Source: Candidatus Omnitrophota bacterium (lineage in GTDB: Bacteria > Omnitrophota > Gorgyraeia > Zapsychrales > JANLHA01). From it: a stretch of 32,000 nt of DNA. Each line of letters begins with the position of its first letter. Position 1 is the stretch's first letter. A program made the translations under genes and the position numbers. The stretch covers positions 2,610,001 through 2,642,000 of the forward strand of contig OY759724.1 of assembly GCA_963662715.1 (NCBI GenBank), read 5' to 3'. Positions 1 to 8,901 of this stretch are shown piece after piece. The notes under the pieces are model-generated. The model did not search any database. It saw nothing but the letters and a program-made list of their open reading frames with translations, and was not told the DNA's origin.

Positions 1-10
1 CGATCTTTCG

Positions 11-1600
11 ATGATCGAAGCGGAAAAAACCCTGGATTTAGCTAAAGAGTACAAGTACTGGACCCATTTTGCCAGTACGGCTAAAGGGGAGTTGAAAGAA
101 AAGGCGCTGGGGAACCGGGAGCGAGTCATGAGTGATTATACGAAACAGCAGGCGCTCAGTCAGAGGATGCAGACAGACTTAAACGTGAGGGAGGGCAATA
201 AGAATTACAACCAGGCCCTTATTCAGGAAGCCAAGTCGCAGAATTCTCAGATTCTTAATGAGGCTTCCAATATCATTGCCCTGAATAAGCCTGATTCCAA
301 GATTATGAACGGGAAAAAACAGCAGCCGGCTAAACAAGCTCTTGCGAATAGAAGACAGGTTAAAGGTTGGCAGTTTAAAACGAATGATTTTGCCGGTGAA
401 GAGCAGGTCGAACGTTCTATCACGAATTATTTGCAGCAGGAAGACAGAAAAAAAATGGCACAGCATAAAAGGGCAGAACAGAGAACTCGAATGATGAAAA
501 GGGAAGAAGTGTACGGCGGCCGGGATAAGGTTTCGACGGAAGTTCATGATCAGTTGGTTTTAATGCAGGGCCAAAATCTATCCGATTCTTCTGTGGCCGC
601 CACGAATGAGAATGTGATTCTCAATGGAGACATGCGGCAGGCTGATTATGAACAAAGCCTGCGGATCCGAGAGAAAGGGCGTCGTGTGCCGGAGAGGGGA
701 TCTCAGGTTTCTCAGTGGTCCTCTGCCTCTGCGCTTGGTTCCCAGACAGAACCGGTGTTTGGGTACAAACAACCTGCCCCTCTGCCGGAAAGTTCCGGCG
801 TGTCCTCGCGGGGAACCGGGGCGTATCGTGAAACTCCCCTTGAATCGGGGCGGCAGGATTCTATGGAATATTGGGGTGACGCGCTGGATGAAAAAACCGA
901 ATCAGAGGCCAAACCGTTCATCCAGATTTTTCAAGGGAAGGCGCCGGTGCAGAAGAAAAGCGCTTTGTTAAAAGGGCGCCGGTCCATTGACATCCCTATA
1001 CCGGAAGAGGGAAGACGGTTCTCTTTTAAAAAACTTGGCGGCAACCCCACTTTGAGTTTGGTATACAGGAAGAACGAGAGCCTGTCCAAAGTTTTTCTCC
1101 TGCTGTTGTGTATTGTGGCCACAGCCGGGATATGGAACGTCCGCACCGTCCCGTGGCCTTCCGACCGAGTACGCATGATGGTTTGCCGGGTTAAACCTAA
1201 GGGCTGGTTTTTTTTTATCGCTGATGCACGTATTGTCAGGATCGCCACTTATACCCTGATGCTGTTTGCGGTGATCTTTCGGTCGCCGCTTTTTTTCATA
1301 ACTTTGGGTTTTACGAGTATTTTTCTTTTAAGATCTATTTCCCGGAAGCGGTACAAAAAACTCGGATGTGTCCCTCAATATAATAAGAAACAATTCATGA
1401 AATATTTTCTTTCTTATCTGATCCTGATTTCCTCCCTGTTAAGCCTTTTTCACCTGGGCTTCTTAGTCCTGGTCGGCATTTCCACAACGATGAATTTTAT
1501 TGTCGCATTCATCTACGGGGTTTTTATTTTTCTGGCCCCCGGGAAAGCAAATTTCGGAGGGGAAACAGAACCCCCGGGCCAGGACAAGAAAGAATTGTAA
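11..1600 (+). CDS. hypothetical membrane-anchored protein: long K/E/Q/R-rich low-complexity N-part, then about 4-5 C-terminal TM helices; possibly 5'-truncated by the window edge
   Basis: 529-codon ORF with no credible competitor. The frame is open back to position 2, so the start may lie upstream. Hydrophobic segments VFLLLLCIVATAGIW, IATYTLMLFAVIF, LFFITLGFTSIFLL, LILISSLLSLFHLGFLVLVGI and FIVAFIYGVFIFLA. No family recognised. Confidence 0.5.
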   Translation: MIEAEKTLDLAKEYKYWTHFASTAKGELKEKALGNRERVMSDYTKQQALSQRMQTDLNVREGNKNYNQALIQEAKSQNSQILNEASNIIALNKPDSKIMNGKKQQPAKQALANRRQVKGWQFKTNDFAGEEQVERSITNYLQQEDRKKMAQHKRAEQRTRMMKREEVYGGRDKVSTEVHDQLVLMQGQNLSDSSVAATNENVILNGDMRQADYEQSLRIREKGRRVPERGSQVSQWSSASALGSQTEPVFGYKQPAPLPESSGVSSRGTGAYRETPLESGRQDSMEYWGDALDEKTESEAKPFIQIFQGKAPVQKKSALLKGRRSIDIPIPEEGRRFSFKKLGGNPTLSLVYRKNESLSKVFLLLLCIVATAGIWNVRTVPWPSDRVRMMVCRVKPKGWFFFIADARIVRIATYTLMLFAVIFRSPLFFITLGFTSIFLLRSISRKRYKKLGCVPQYNKKQFMKYFLSYLILISSLLSLFHLGFLVLVGISTTMNFIVAFIYGVFIFLAPGKANFGGETEPPGQDKKEL

Positions 1601-1831
1601 ACGCAATATTTCAAGGGCCCTGCTAATTTCTCCCCCGACAATTGGGAATGACATGTCATAGCCGTCTCCGTGCGGATAAGATAATTCATGCGGCATTTAT
1701 CATGGCGGGAACGGCCATAACTTTCTTCGGGAAGTGTCCAACAAAAAATTAGTGATACAAGCTGTTTTCGCGGTGTTCATTCACAAGAAGGAAAGGGGAC
1801 GGGCAGGATATGAAAGTAATTCTGTGAATTT

Positions 1832-3751
1832 TTAAAGCAGAAAAATGAGTACAAGAATCCCTATGGTCATATAGCCGGCCTGCGTTGTGGTCAAAAAAAA
1901 GAAAATAACAAGAAAAGGCAAAGACTTGTCCAGCAGGAATTTATTGATATGCTTATGTTTGAAGACAAGATATAAACTTGAATAACTTTGCCAGTTTAAT
2001 GTTGTCAGCCTGTTTTCTTTAAGCATTCTGGAATATAACTGCGTCCCCGGGAAGGGCGTTAAGACCCCCAGGCCGATTTTATAGGGCCGCAGGGCAAAGC
2101 AGAACTTCCACAATTTAAAAAGGCTCTTTATGTCCAAAGAATCGGATTCAAAACCGATTGTGAAATTTGCTTTAATCCTTATCCCGGCGTTTTTAATCCT
2201 TTGAGTGAAAAGATAATATTTTTCACTCATGGCGTATTTCCCCCCCTGTTTTTTCTCCGGAGAACTTGCAATAATCTCATATCCGATGCCTAAATTCCGG
2301 CAGCCGCTTTCTTTGGCCAAACGCAGCATTTTTTCATTGCTGCCGATGTCTATCGAAGAAAACCCTTCCCAGGTGAGCTTCAACGGGATCATGGAGGTGC
2401 ACAACTCCTGAAAATATCGAGGATCATTATAAAGGTTGGAATCCCGCAAGTTAACGAACCGGTATTTTTTTCTGACCTTTTGAAGAAGTTCAATGATTTC
2501 CGAGACGGGTTTATGTCTGATCCGGCCTTGATGAAGGATGGGGATAGAGCAAAATTCGCAGTGAAATTTGCATCCTCGCGAAGTCTCTAAACAGGATTTG
2601 ATCTGCTCGGGAGGAGACTGTAACAGTGCCTGGTGAACCGTGTCGGGCTCCGCATCAAGTGTTTGTGCTATGTATGTTTTTCTTAGGGAGCCGTTTTCGT
2701 AATCCCGGATCACGGCTGGCCAGACACTTTCCGCTTCACCTATGACAACACTGTCACAATACTCTAGAGCCTCATCCGGAAAGATTGAGGCGTGAAGTCC
2801 CCCGAGGATGACTTTGGACCCCCGCTCTTTGAAGGTCTTCGCTATTTCATAAACTTCCGGCGTTGTCTGGGTCAGGCAGGATATGGCGACAAGTTTCCCG
2901 GAGGCATAATACCGGTCCCGCCAGATGATTTGATAAAGATCCCTGAAATGGTAGCCTTTGGGGGACAAAGCTTTTAAAATAATAAAGACCGGAGGATAGG
3001 GGCGGCAGAGAAGATAATAAATCCGCTGAAAGATTCCGGTTCCTCCCGGTGGAACAATAAAATAGATTTCTTTTTTATGGGTAAAAAAAGATTTGATGGA
3101 ATATATTTCGATGAGGCATAGGGAGATCACTGTAAAAAGCAAAAGTTGCAGATATTTTGCGAAGAAAAGCCCGGCACGCATAATGAGTGAATCGTGATTC
3201 GCAAACGGAATAAAGGCATGATGAAATACTATATAAAGCGCAGCAAGCCCTGTGATCGTCCGGACATACTGGAAAGGTATATGGTATTTTTTCCGTGGAA
3301 TTTTGAATGGAAGAATGTGTTTCCTGTAGATAAAGGTATAGGCAAAAACATACTGTAGCAGAAGGTCTGTATGAACCGGGATATAGGGTTCGAGGGGTTT
3401 GGAGTTGGGAAAAGAGGAAAACAGGCTGAGGTTGATCGAAAAAACAAAGAATTCCAGGATGGCATAGATATACCAATATTTCTTAGCATTATCAAGGAAC
3501 TTGCTGAAGGAGACAATGATGTGTTCCCCGCTGACGAGTTCTATGATCGTCCCGTAAACGGCGCTGTAAATGAAGATTCTTAGGCCAATATGGGTCAGGT
3601 CTTCCAGGAAGGATATGAGGGCGTTGTGCGTCAGAAAGTTTGTCCTGTCCAGGAGTCCGAGGCAGAAGAAAAGAACGACGGCGGAAAAGAAAGAATGCAG
3701 TATCGAGAATGCCTGACTTAAAACGGATGGCTGTTGCGGATTTCTTCTCAT
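1832..3751 (-). CDS. B12-binding (class B) radical SAM enzyme with N-terminal ~230-aa multi-TM domain and a C-terminal TM helix
   Basis: 639 aa. Radical SAM cluster motif CKFHCEFC. Upstream Rossmann-like B12-binding region (KLVAISCLTQTTPEVYEIAKTFKERGSKVILGGLHASIFPDEAL...VVIGEAESVW). About 6 hydrophobic helices in the first 230 aa and a hydrophobic tail LPFLVIFFFLTT...IGILVLIFLL. Paralogue of 15300-17234. Confidence 0.85.
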   Translation of the reverse strand: MRRNPQQPSVLSQAFSILHSFFSAVVLFFCLGLLDRTNFLTHNALISFLEDLTHIGLRIFIYSAVYGTIIELVSGEHIIVSFSKFLDNAKKYWYIYAILEFFVFSINLSLFSSFPNSKPLEPYIPVHTDLLLQYVFAYTFIYRKHILPFKIPRKKYHIPFQYVRTITGLAALYIVFHHAFIPFANHDSLIMRAGLFFAKYLQLLLFTVISLCLIEIYSIKSFFTHKKEIYFIVPPGGTGIFQRIYYLLCRPYPPVFIILKALSPKGYHFRDLYQIIWRDRYYASGKLVAISCLTQTTPEVYEIAKTFKERGSKVILGGLHASIFPDEALEYCDSVVIGEAESVWPAVIRDYENGSLRKTYIAQTLDAEPDTVHQALLQSPPEQIKSCLETSRGCKFHCEFCSIPILHQGRIRHKPVSEIIELLQKVRKKYRFVNLRDSNLYNDPRYFQELCTSMIPLKLTWEGFSSIDIGSNEKMLRLAKESGCRNLGIGYEIIASSPEKKQGGKYAMSEKYYLFTQRIKNAGIRIKANFTIGFESDSLDIKSLFKLWKFCFALRPYKIGLGVLTPFPGTQLYSRMLKENRLTTLNWQSYSSLYLVFKHKHINKFLLDKSLPFLVIFFFLTTTQAGYMTIGILVLIFLL

Positions 3752-4045
3752 GAGGTCTCATTTTACAGCAATTAAAATAAATAATACAGGATATTATAAC
3801 ATACTTCTAGAGAAGCTGGCCGGGGAAATCCGCCTGCAAGGGCGATGATACCGCTTTTTGATCGTGTGAGGAATACAGCAAGTTGAATCCCGCGGGAAAA
3901 AACCGGATAATAATAATCCTTGGAATCACACCTTATTTTTGGTATAAATTGTTGCGAATAGGCTTTCCACGGTTTTTTCTTTTTATCGAAAAGAACCGTG
4001 TGGCTTCCAATCAAGGAAGCTCAGATAACAAAGGAGAGTGATATA

Positions 4046-4684
4046 ATGTGCGAGCAGAATTTAAACGATGACCAGAAAAAGAAAGATGTAAAACTGGAGA
4101 GGATGAGGTTCCCTAAATTAAAATTCACGGTCTTAAAAAATGAAGACGGTTTCTGCTACCATAATTATAAAGTCGGGGATGAATTTATTCTGGATGATTT
4201 TACGCACGCCCCGAAAAATTTCTGCCTGGGGATTGCCCATGCCGCTTTCCCCTGTATGCATGCTCTAACCTTCGGCGGGCGATTCCCGTTCAGGGAGAAT
4301 ACCGCTTCCATATGTGCAACGTGTCCGGACGGAGGGAAGATGGCCTTTAAGATCGAACTGCTGGATGAGAACGGTAATGTGGTTGTGGAGCCGCAAAAAG
4401 AGAAGCCCAAAGGCCCTAACCCGAAAAGGATGCTCATCGAAGTTGAATATAGTGACCAGACCTGTCCTTACGGCTATAAAGTCGGGGATCAATGGGAAGT
4501 CAAAGGCTTGCGGACTCCTGCGGAAATGTGCGGCGCCGCGTATCATTTGTTGTTCCCCGTTTTATTTGAAATGAATTTCGGCGCGTCATTCAGTTTTGAG
4601 AAGAACCCGCTTTGTAAGACGGGGATCACTTGTCCGGATGGGGGGAAAGTGAAGTTTAAAGTTACCCGGCTGGAGGACGAATAG
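4046..4684 (+). CDS. tandem-domain TIGR04076-like Cys-rich protein (two ~90-aa copies)
   Basis: ATG at 4046 follows AAGGAGA (4031-4037); I prefer it over the GTG at 3998 given in the ORF track. Copy 1: KFTVLKNEDGFCYHNYKVGDEF...FCLGIAHAAFPCMHAL...CATCPDGGKMAFKIELLDE. Copy 2: LIEVEYSDQTCPYGYKVGDQW...MCGAAYHLLFPVLFEM...CKTGITCPDGGKVKFKVTRLEDE. This matches my memory of the small TIGR04076 family (C...GxxF...FC....A......GG......C.DG.RPV.FKIERI). Confidence 0.65.
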   Translation: MCEQNLNDDQKKKDVKLERMRFPKLKFTVLKNEDGFCYHNYKVGDEFILDDFTHAPKNFCLGIAHAAFPCMHALTFGGRFPFRENTASICATCPDGGKMAFKIELLDENGNVVVEPQKEKPKGPNPKRMLIEVEYSDQTCPYGYKVGDQWEVKGLRTPAEMCGAAYHLLFPVLFEMNFGASFSFEKNPLCKTGITCPDGGKVKFKVTRLEDE

Positions 4685-4772
4685 ATGATCACGCTTCAGG
4701 GCGCGGGGCTTTCTCCGGAAGCTTGTCCCGTATGATGAAAGAGGGCGCGGCGGTTTTGGGGGCCGGTAGGAC

Positions 4773-5735
4773 ATGAAAAATTATGTAACTCCTGAGAAAA
4801 CAAGGCATCATGCGGAGCTTTTATCCAATCGGGTCCGCAAACGGTACGCTCATCTGCGCCGGAGGTTTGCCCGGCAAAATATTGAGTGTTTTCGGCTTTA
4901 TGACTGGGACATCCCGGAAGTCCGGGCCGTTGTGGACTGGTACGCCGGGCACATCGTTGTTGCCGAATATGTTCGTCTGCAGACAGGGCCGGAATGGCTT
5001 CCGCAAATGGCGCAGGCCGTTGCACAAACGCTGAATATCTCTCCGGACAAGGTCCATATTAAACGGAGGCGTACGGGCTCAGCGGGACAACCCCGTTATA
5101 AGAAGCTGGATACTCAGGGACGGCGGTTTACGGTCAGTGAACGGGATCTGCAGTTCTGGGTTAATTTGGATGACTATCTGGACACGGGATTATATTCAGA
5201 CCACCGGAATACGCGTGTTATTATCAAAGATCTTGCCGCGGACAAGGATTTCCTGAATTTATACGGTTACAGTGGCGCTTTTACCTGCGCGGCCGCGGCC
5301 GGCCAGGCTCAAAGAACGGTTACCGTAGACCGATCGGCCACCTATCTGAAATGGGCCAAAGATAACCTAATATTAAATAAACTGTGGGGCGGGCAGCATG
5401 CCTTGCTGCAGTCTGATGTGACCACGTATTTGGACAAGGTCGCCTTATCCGGCCGCCGTTTCACTTTGGCGTTCGTTGACCCGCCGTCATTCTTTCAGGA
5501 TCATAACCGAAAAAAATCTTTTGACATTAACCGGCATCATCCGGACCTGCTGAAGAAAGTTATTAAGGTCATGGTCCCCGGTTCACGGATATTTTTTTCG
5601 ACCAATCATCAGCGTTTTGAGCCCCGCCTGAACGGTCTTCCCGTCGGTGATTTGAAAGAACTGACCCCGAAAACCATTCCGGAGGATTACCGTAACCGGA
5701 ATATTCACCGGTGCTGGAGCATGACAGCCGTATAG
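4773..5735 (+). CDS. class I SAM-dependent RNA methyltransferase, RlmK-like (resembles the C-terminal half of E. coli RlmKL/YcbY, 23S rRNA m7G2069 MTase)
   Basis: The N-terminus LSNRVRKRYAHLRRRFARQNIECFRLYDWDIPEVRAVVDWYAGHIVVAEY resembles the RlmK-domain start of RlmKL. SAM-binding region FLNLYGYSGAFTCAAAAGQAQRTVTVDRSATYLKWAKDNL and catalytic-type motif FVDPPSF. Confidence 0.75.
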   Translation: MKNYVTPEKTRHHAELLSNRVRKRYAHLRRRFARQNIECFRLYDWDIPEVRAVVDWYAGHIVVAEYVRLQTGPEWLPQMAQAVAQTLNISPDKVHIKRRRTGSAGQPRYKKLDTQGRRFTVSERDLQFWVNLDDYLDTGLYSDHRNTRVIIKDLAADKDFLNLYGYSGAFTCAAAAGQAQRTVTVDRSATYLKWAKDNLILNKLWGGQHALLQSDVTTYLDKVALSGRRFTLAFVDPPSFFQDHNRKKSFDINRHHPDLLKKVIKVMVPGSRIFFSTNHQRFEPRLNGLPVGDLKELTPKTIPEDYRNRNIHRCWSMTAV

Positions 5736-5845
5736 TTCTGCTCGGCCGTGAAAAAGCGGGTTCGTCTTGCACGAGACGGATTTCTTAAGCGGGATTCCAG
5801 AGAATTTGCTTGCTAGAAAAAGGAAAAGGTGGTAATCATAATATC

Positions 5846-6340
5846 ATGACATATCCCTGTTATAAGAAAATATTCCGGTTCATTTTTGTCCTTTCAGTGG
5901 GGATGCTCGGTTTTGCCTGTCCCGTTCAGGCCCAAGCGTATCACGGGCGAGAGACCGCGGCAAGCCGTCTCACGGAACAGCAATTTGAACGGGTGAAACA
6001 ATGCGCCCGTTTATTGATGGATATTAAGTCCCAATCCGTTGACGGGATGCTTACCCGTCTTGAGGCCAGCTCTGATCCGGAAGCCAATTTGCAGATTCTG
6101 GAAGCCATAGCTAAGACTTACGTGCGTCTGGTGAGTGATTTGAAGATAGAAAAAGCCGAGGATAAAGAGAGTCTCTACGGCAGGATTTCTTTGAACATGG
6201 CTTTTCTTCAGATGGGGGGCGTGAATCCCGCCGCCGGAGAATCCCGGCAGCCATTGAACCGGTTGATTCTGCGAACTCTGCGGAGTTATCTGTCGGAAGC
6301 CCTGATCCGTAACTCCGATTTGTTTTATACCTTGGAATAG
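5846..6340 (+). CDS. hypothetical secreted/periplasmic protein
   Basis: In-frame ATG at 5846 gives MTYPCYKKIFRFIFVLSVGMLGFACPVQAQA, a Sec-type signal peptide with an AQA cleavage motif. The mature part looks helical. No family recognised. Confidence 0.5.
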   Translation: MTYPCYKKIFRFIFVLSVGMLGFACPVQAQAYHGRETAASRLTEQQFERVKQCARLLMDIKSQSVDGMLTRLEASSDPEANLQILEAIAKTYVRLVSDLKIEKAEDKESLYGRISLNMAFLQMGGVNPAAGESRQPLNRLILRTLRSYLSEALIRNSDLFYTLE

Positions 6341-6400
6341 GGTAAGGTTTGGTGTTTTTGTCATGCTTTAAGGAAAACGTGAAAGGGAGACGTATGATTT

Positions 6401-6688
6401 ATGAATAACTTTCCGGAAAAAAATGCTCAAATAACATGGGATGAAGAGACAAAAAACAAATTCAGCCGATTGCTGGAGAAAATCCCGGTCTTTTTGCGAG
6501 GCATGGCTGAGAAACAGGTGTCCCAAAAGGCTGAAGATTTAGTCAAAGAAGAAAACCGTTCGGTTATTTGTGAGAAAGATTTGGTGGATGCGCTTTTTGC
6601 CGAAACGCCCTTCGGCTTTCATGGCCCGATGAAGAGTGATATGGAAGACCTCCATATAGATTATTCGCAGTACGGTTATCCGAAATGA
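6401..6688 (+). CDS. PCP reductase family (PCP_red domain) small protein
   Basis: 95 aa. ITWDEETKNKFSRLLEKIPVFLRGMAEKQVSQKAEDLVKEENRSVICEKDLVDA fits the W-x-x-E-A...IP-x-F-V/L-R....E..A pattern of the protochlorophyllide-reductase C-terminal domain family. GGGAGA lies upstream of the ATG. Confidence 0.55.
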   Translation: MNNFPEKNAQITWDEETKNKFSRLLEKIPVFLRGMAEKQVSQKAEDLVKEENRSVICEKDLVDALFAETPFGFHGPMKSDMEDLHIDYSQYGYPK

Positions 6689-6701
6689 TTGAGGGGGATA
6701 C

Positions 6702-6726
6702 CTCAGGTTTATTCCTGAGTTTTTTT
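6702..6726 (+). terminator. weak intrinsic terminator after the PCP_red gene
   Basis: CTCAGG (6702-6707) / CCTGAG (6714-6719) 6-bp stem, 6-nt loop, then T7 (6720-6726). It overlaps the last codons of the convergent ATPase gene. Confidence 0.3.
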
Positions 6727-8880
6727 AGGAGTGAAGATCTCTTTATTAAGAGGAATCCCGGAAGTCTCAAATTCCTGGTAACATCTCGGCACATAACCGG
6801 TCGCCACGTAGTCCCCGAGAACAGTTCCATCGACATCCGTCCCTTTCTGATCAAAAACAAAAATATCTTTTAATTCTAGGTAATGGTCTTCTGTCAGACC
6901 GGTGACTTCCGTGATTTCAACGATTTTTCGTGAACCGTCGGCAAAACGGTTGACATGAACGATAATGTCCAAAGCTGTTGAGATCATTTCATTGATGGCC
7001 CGCATCGGCAGATCGACCCCGGCCAAAAGGATCATGGAACTCATACGCACCAAAACGTCCTTGGTGGAGTTGGCGTGCAGGGTCGTCATGGACCCGTCAT
7101 GGCCGGTGTTCATCGCCTGAAGCATGTCCAGGATTTCCGGTCCGCGACACTCACCGACGATAATCCTGTCAGGCCGCATGTGAAGACTGTTCATGAAAAG
7201 GGTTCTGATCGGGACACGGCCTTTCCCTTCGATATTGGCCGGCCTGGATTCGAGCCTGATCCAGTGCCTTTTGTTGATCCGCAATTCCGCGGCGTCTTCG
7301 ATCGTAACGATACGTTCGTTGTCCGGAATGAAGGTTGAGACAATGTTGAGAAGCGTGGTTTTCCCGGACCCGGTTCCTCCTGACACGATGATATTTTTTC
7401 GGCCCGTAACGCAGGCCTGCAGGAAATCCTGCATATCTTGATTAAGGCTTTTGAATTTGTTCAGCAGGTCTTCTACTGTCGGCCGCTGGCGCCCGAATTT
7501 TCTGATCGTAATGACCGGCCCGGTTAAAGAAAGAGGAGGGATGATGGCATTGAAACGCGATCCGTCAGGAAGGCGCGCGTCGACCATCGGCGTTGATTCG
7601 TCAATACGGCGTCCTAACGGGGCGATGATCCTGTCGATGATAGAGCGCATCTGCCTTTCTGAAGTGAACTTGGCCGGCGTTAAGGTGAGTTTTCCGTATT
7701 TTTCAATAAAGACCTGTCTTTGGCTGTTTACCATAATGTCTGAAATAAGCTCATCGGCCAAATATTCCTCTAAAGCGCCTAACCCGAAGGCTTCACTGAC
7801 AACTTCATTTATGATCCGTTTCCGCTCCGGTTCTTCTTTCGTGATAGGACTGTTTATGTCGTTTAATATCTGCCCGACGACCGTGAGAGCTTTCTTTCGC
7901 TGCTCTTCCGTTTGTTCTTCATTGTTGAGGGACTCCGGGTTGATGTGATCGATATTCATGATCTGTATGAGTCTCTGGTGAATCTCTTTCTTCAGTCTCG
8001 TCTCATCATCTTCCTCATCAATTTCAATGGCTTTATCTTCTTTCTGCTGATTCACGCCAAGCTTCTGCCAAAGATCGCTGCTGGGGCTGCTTTTGATATG
8101 CCCGGCGACCTTGACCGTTCCCATATTTTGTATTTCGGTGAAATTTTCTTCTTTCTCTAATTCTTTGGCAAGGCCCATAATGCTCTGACTGACTTGCGCC
8201 TGAGGGCTGTCCAGGACACAAGGAACCCCCCGGTTCAGGGCCAGCCCCACGATCCGTCCATCAGAAGGAATTTTTGCCAGGATATCCAACCCAAGATCTT
8301 CCTTGATCTTTCCGGCGTCTATTGCACCGCGGCTCGCGGCCCGGTTCAGGACCAATTTGGTCATCTCCGGAGGTAACTTTATCCCTTTCAGCATATTTAA
8401 ACACCATTTCATCTTATCCGTAGCCAAGTCATCCGGTGTGGCCACAAGCGCGATGAGATTTGAATTTTGCAGCACGGTGACCAAAGCCTCGCTAAAAGCC
8501 CGCGGGGCATCGACCAGAATATAATCATATAAAGTGGCAGCTTTTTTAAAAAAAGCATTAAGGACAGCAGGCGTGAAATGGGATATCTGTTGGGGGCTTA
8601 ATATCGTAGGGAGAACGTCCAGGCCGCTGGAGTGGGTCGCCACGGCTTTTTTAATCAGGTCGGGATTATCAATGGATTCAATTTGGGCTAACAGATTGAC
8701 CAGCCCGTAGCGGCAGGGAACGTTGAGCATTTTATCGATATCGTGACCGGACTGAAAATTGAGTTCCAGCAATAAAACCTTGTGTTTCGCCTCGGCCAGA
8801 GCTGTTGCGGTATTGACGGCTATAAAGGTTTTTCCTACCCCGCCTTTATTGCTGAAAAATGAAATTGTTTTAGCTGCCAT
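6709..8880 (-). CDS. cpaF: ParA/MinD(CpaE/TadZ-like)-CpaF/TadA fusion ATPase, distal paralogue
   Basis: 723 aa. N-terminal deviant Walker A FFSNKGGVGKTFIAVN plus VLLLELN. Charged linker. C-terminal secretion-ATPase core GRRIDESTPMVDARLPDGSRFNAIIPPL, Walker A SGGTGSGKTTLLN, Walker B/Asp box IVTIEDAAEL, His box GHDGSMTTLHAN. Confidence 0.85.
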   Translation of the reverse strand: MAAKTISFFSNKGGVGKTFIAVNTATALAEAKHKVLLLELNFQSGHDIDKMLNVPCRYGLVNLLAQIESIDNPDLIKKAVATHSSGLDVLPTILSPQQISHFTPAVLNAFFKKAATLYDYILVDAPRAFSEALVTVLQNSNLIALVATPDDLATDKMKWCLNMLKGIKLPPEMTKLVLNRAASRGAIDAGKIKEDLGLDILAKIPSDGRIVGLALNRGVPCVLDSPQAQVSQSIMGLAKELEKEENFTEIQNMGTVKVAGHIKSSPSSDLWQKLGVNQQKEDKAIEIDEEDDETRLKKEIHQRLIQIMNIDHINPESLNNEEQTEEQRKKALTVVGQILNDINSPITKEEPERKRIINEVVSEAFGLGALEEYLADELISDIMVNSQRQVFIEKYGKLTLTPAKFTSERQMRSIIDRIIAPLGRRIDESTPMVDARLPDGSRFNAIIPPLSLTGPVITIRKFGRQRPTVEDLLNKFKSLNQDMQDFLQACVTGRKNIIVSGGTGSGKTTLLNIVSTFIPDNERIVTIEDAAELRINKRHWIRLESRPANIEGKGRVPIRTLFMNSLHMRPDRIIVGECRGPEILDMLQAMNTGHDGSMTTLHANSTKDVLVRMSSMILLAGVDLPMRAINEMISTALDIIVHVNRFADGSRKIVEITEVTGLTEDHYLELKDIFVFDQKGTDVDGTVLGDYVATGYVPRCYQEFETSGIPLNKEIFTPKKTQE

Positions 8881-8901
8881 GATTTTTCAAGCCTTATATA
8901 T

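Noticed and set aside
1601-1831. Terminator or RNA element between the convergent genes at 1600/1832
   Set aside because: Only short imperfect hairpins (e.g. ATGGCGGGAACGGCCAT), none with a U-tract. Nothing convincing.
3772-4014. 80-aa minus-strand ORF in the divergent rSAM/TIGR04076 control region
   Set aside because: It has no RBS and overlaps the likely promoter/5'-UTR region of both flanking genes. Its composition is unremarkable.
3998-4045. GTG start at 3998 for the TIGR04076-like gene (ORF track)
   Set aside because: The ATG at 4046 has a well-spaced AAGGAGA RBS. The extra 16 residues have no support. The GCTTCC/GGAAGC hairpin at 4003-4020 fits better as 5'-UTR.
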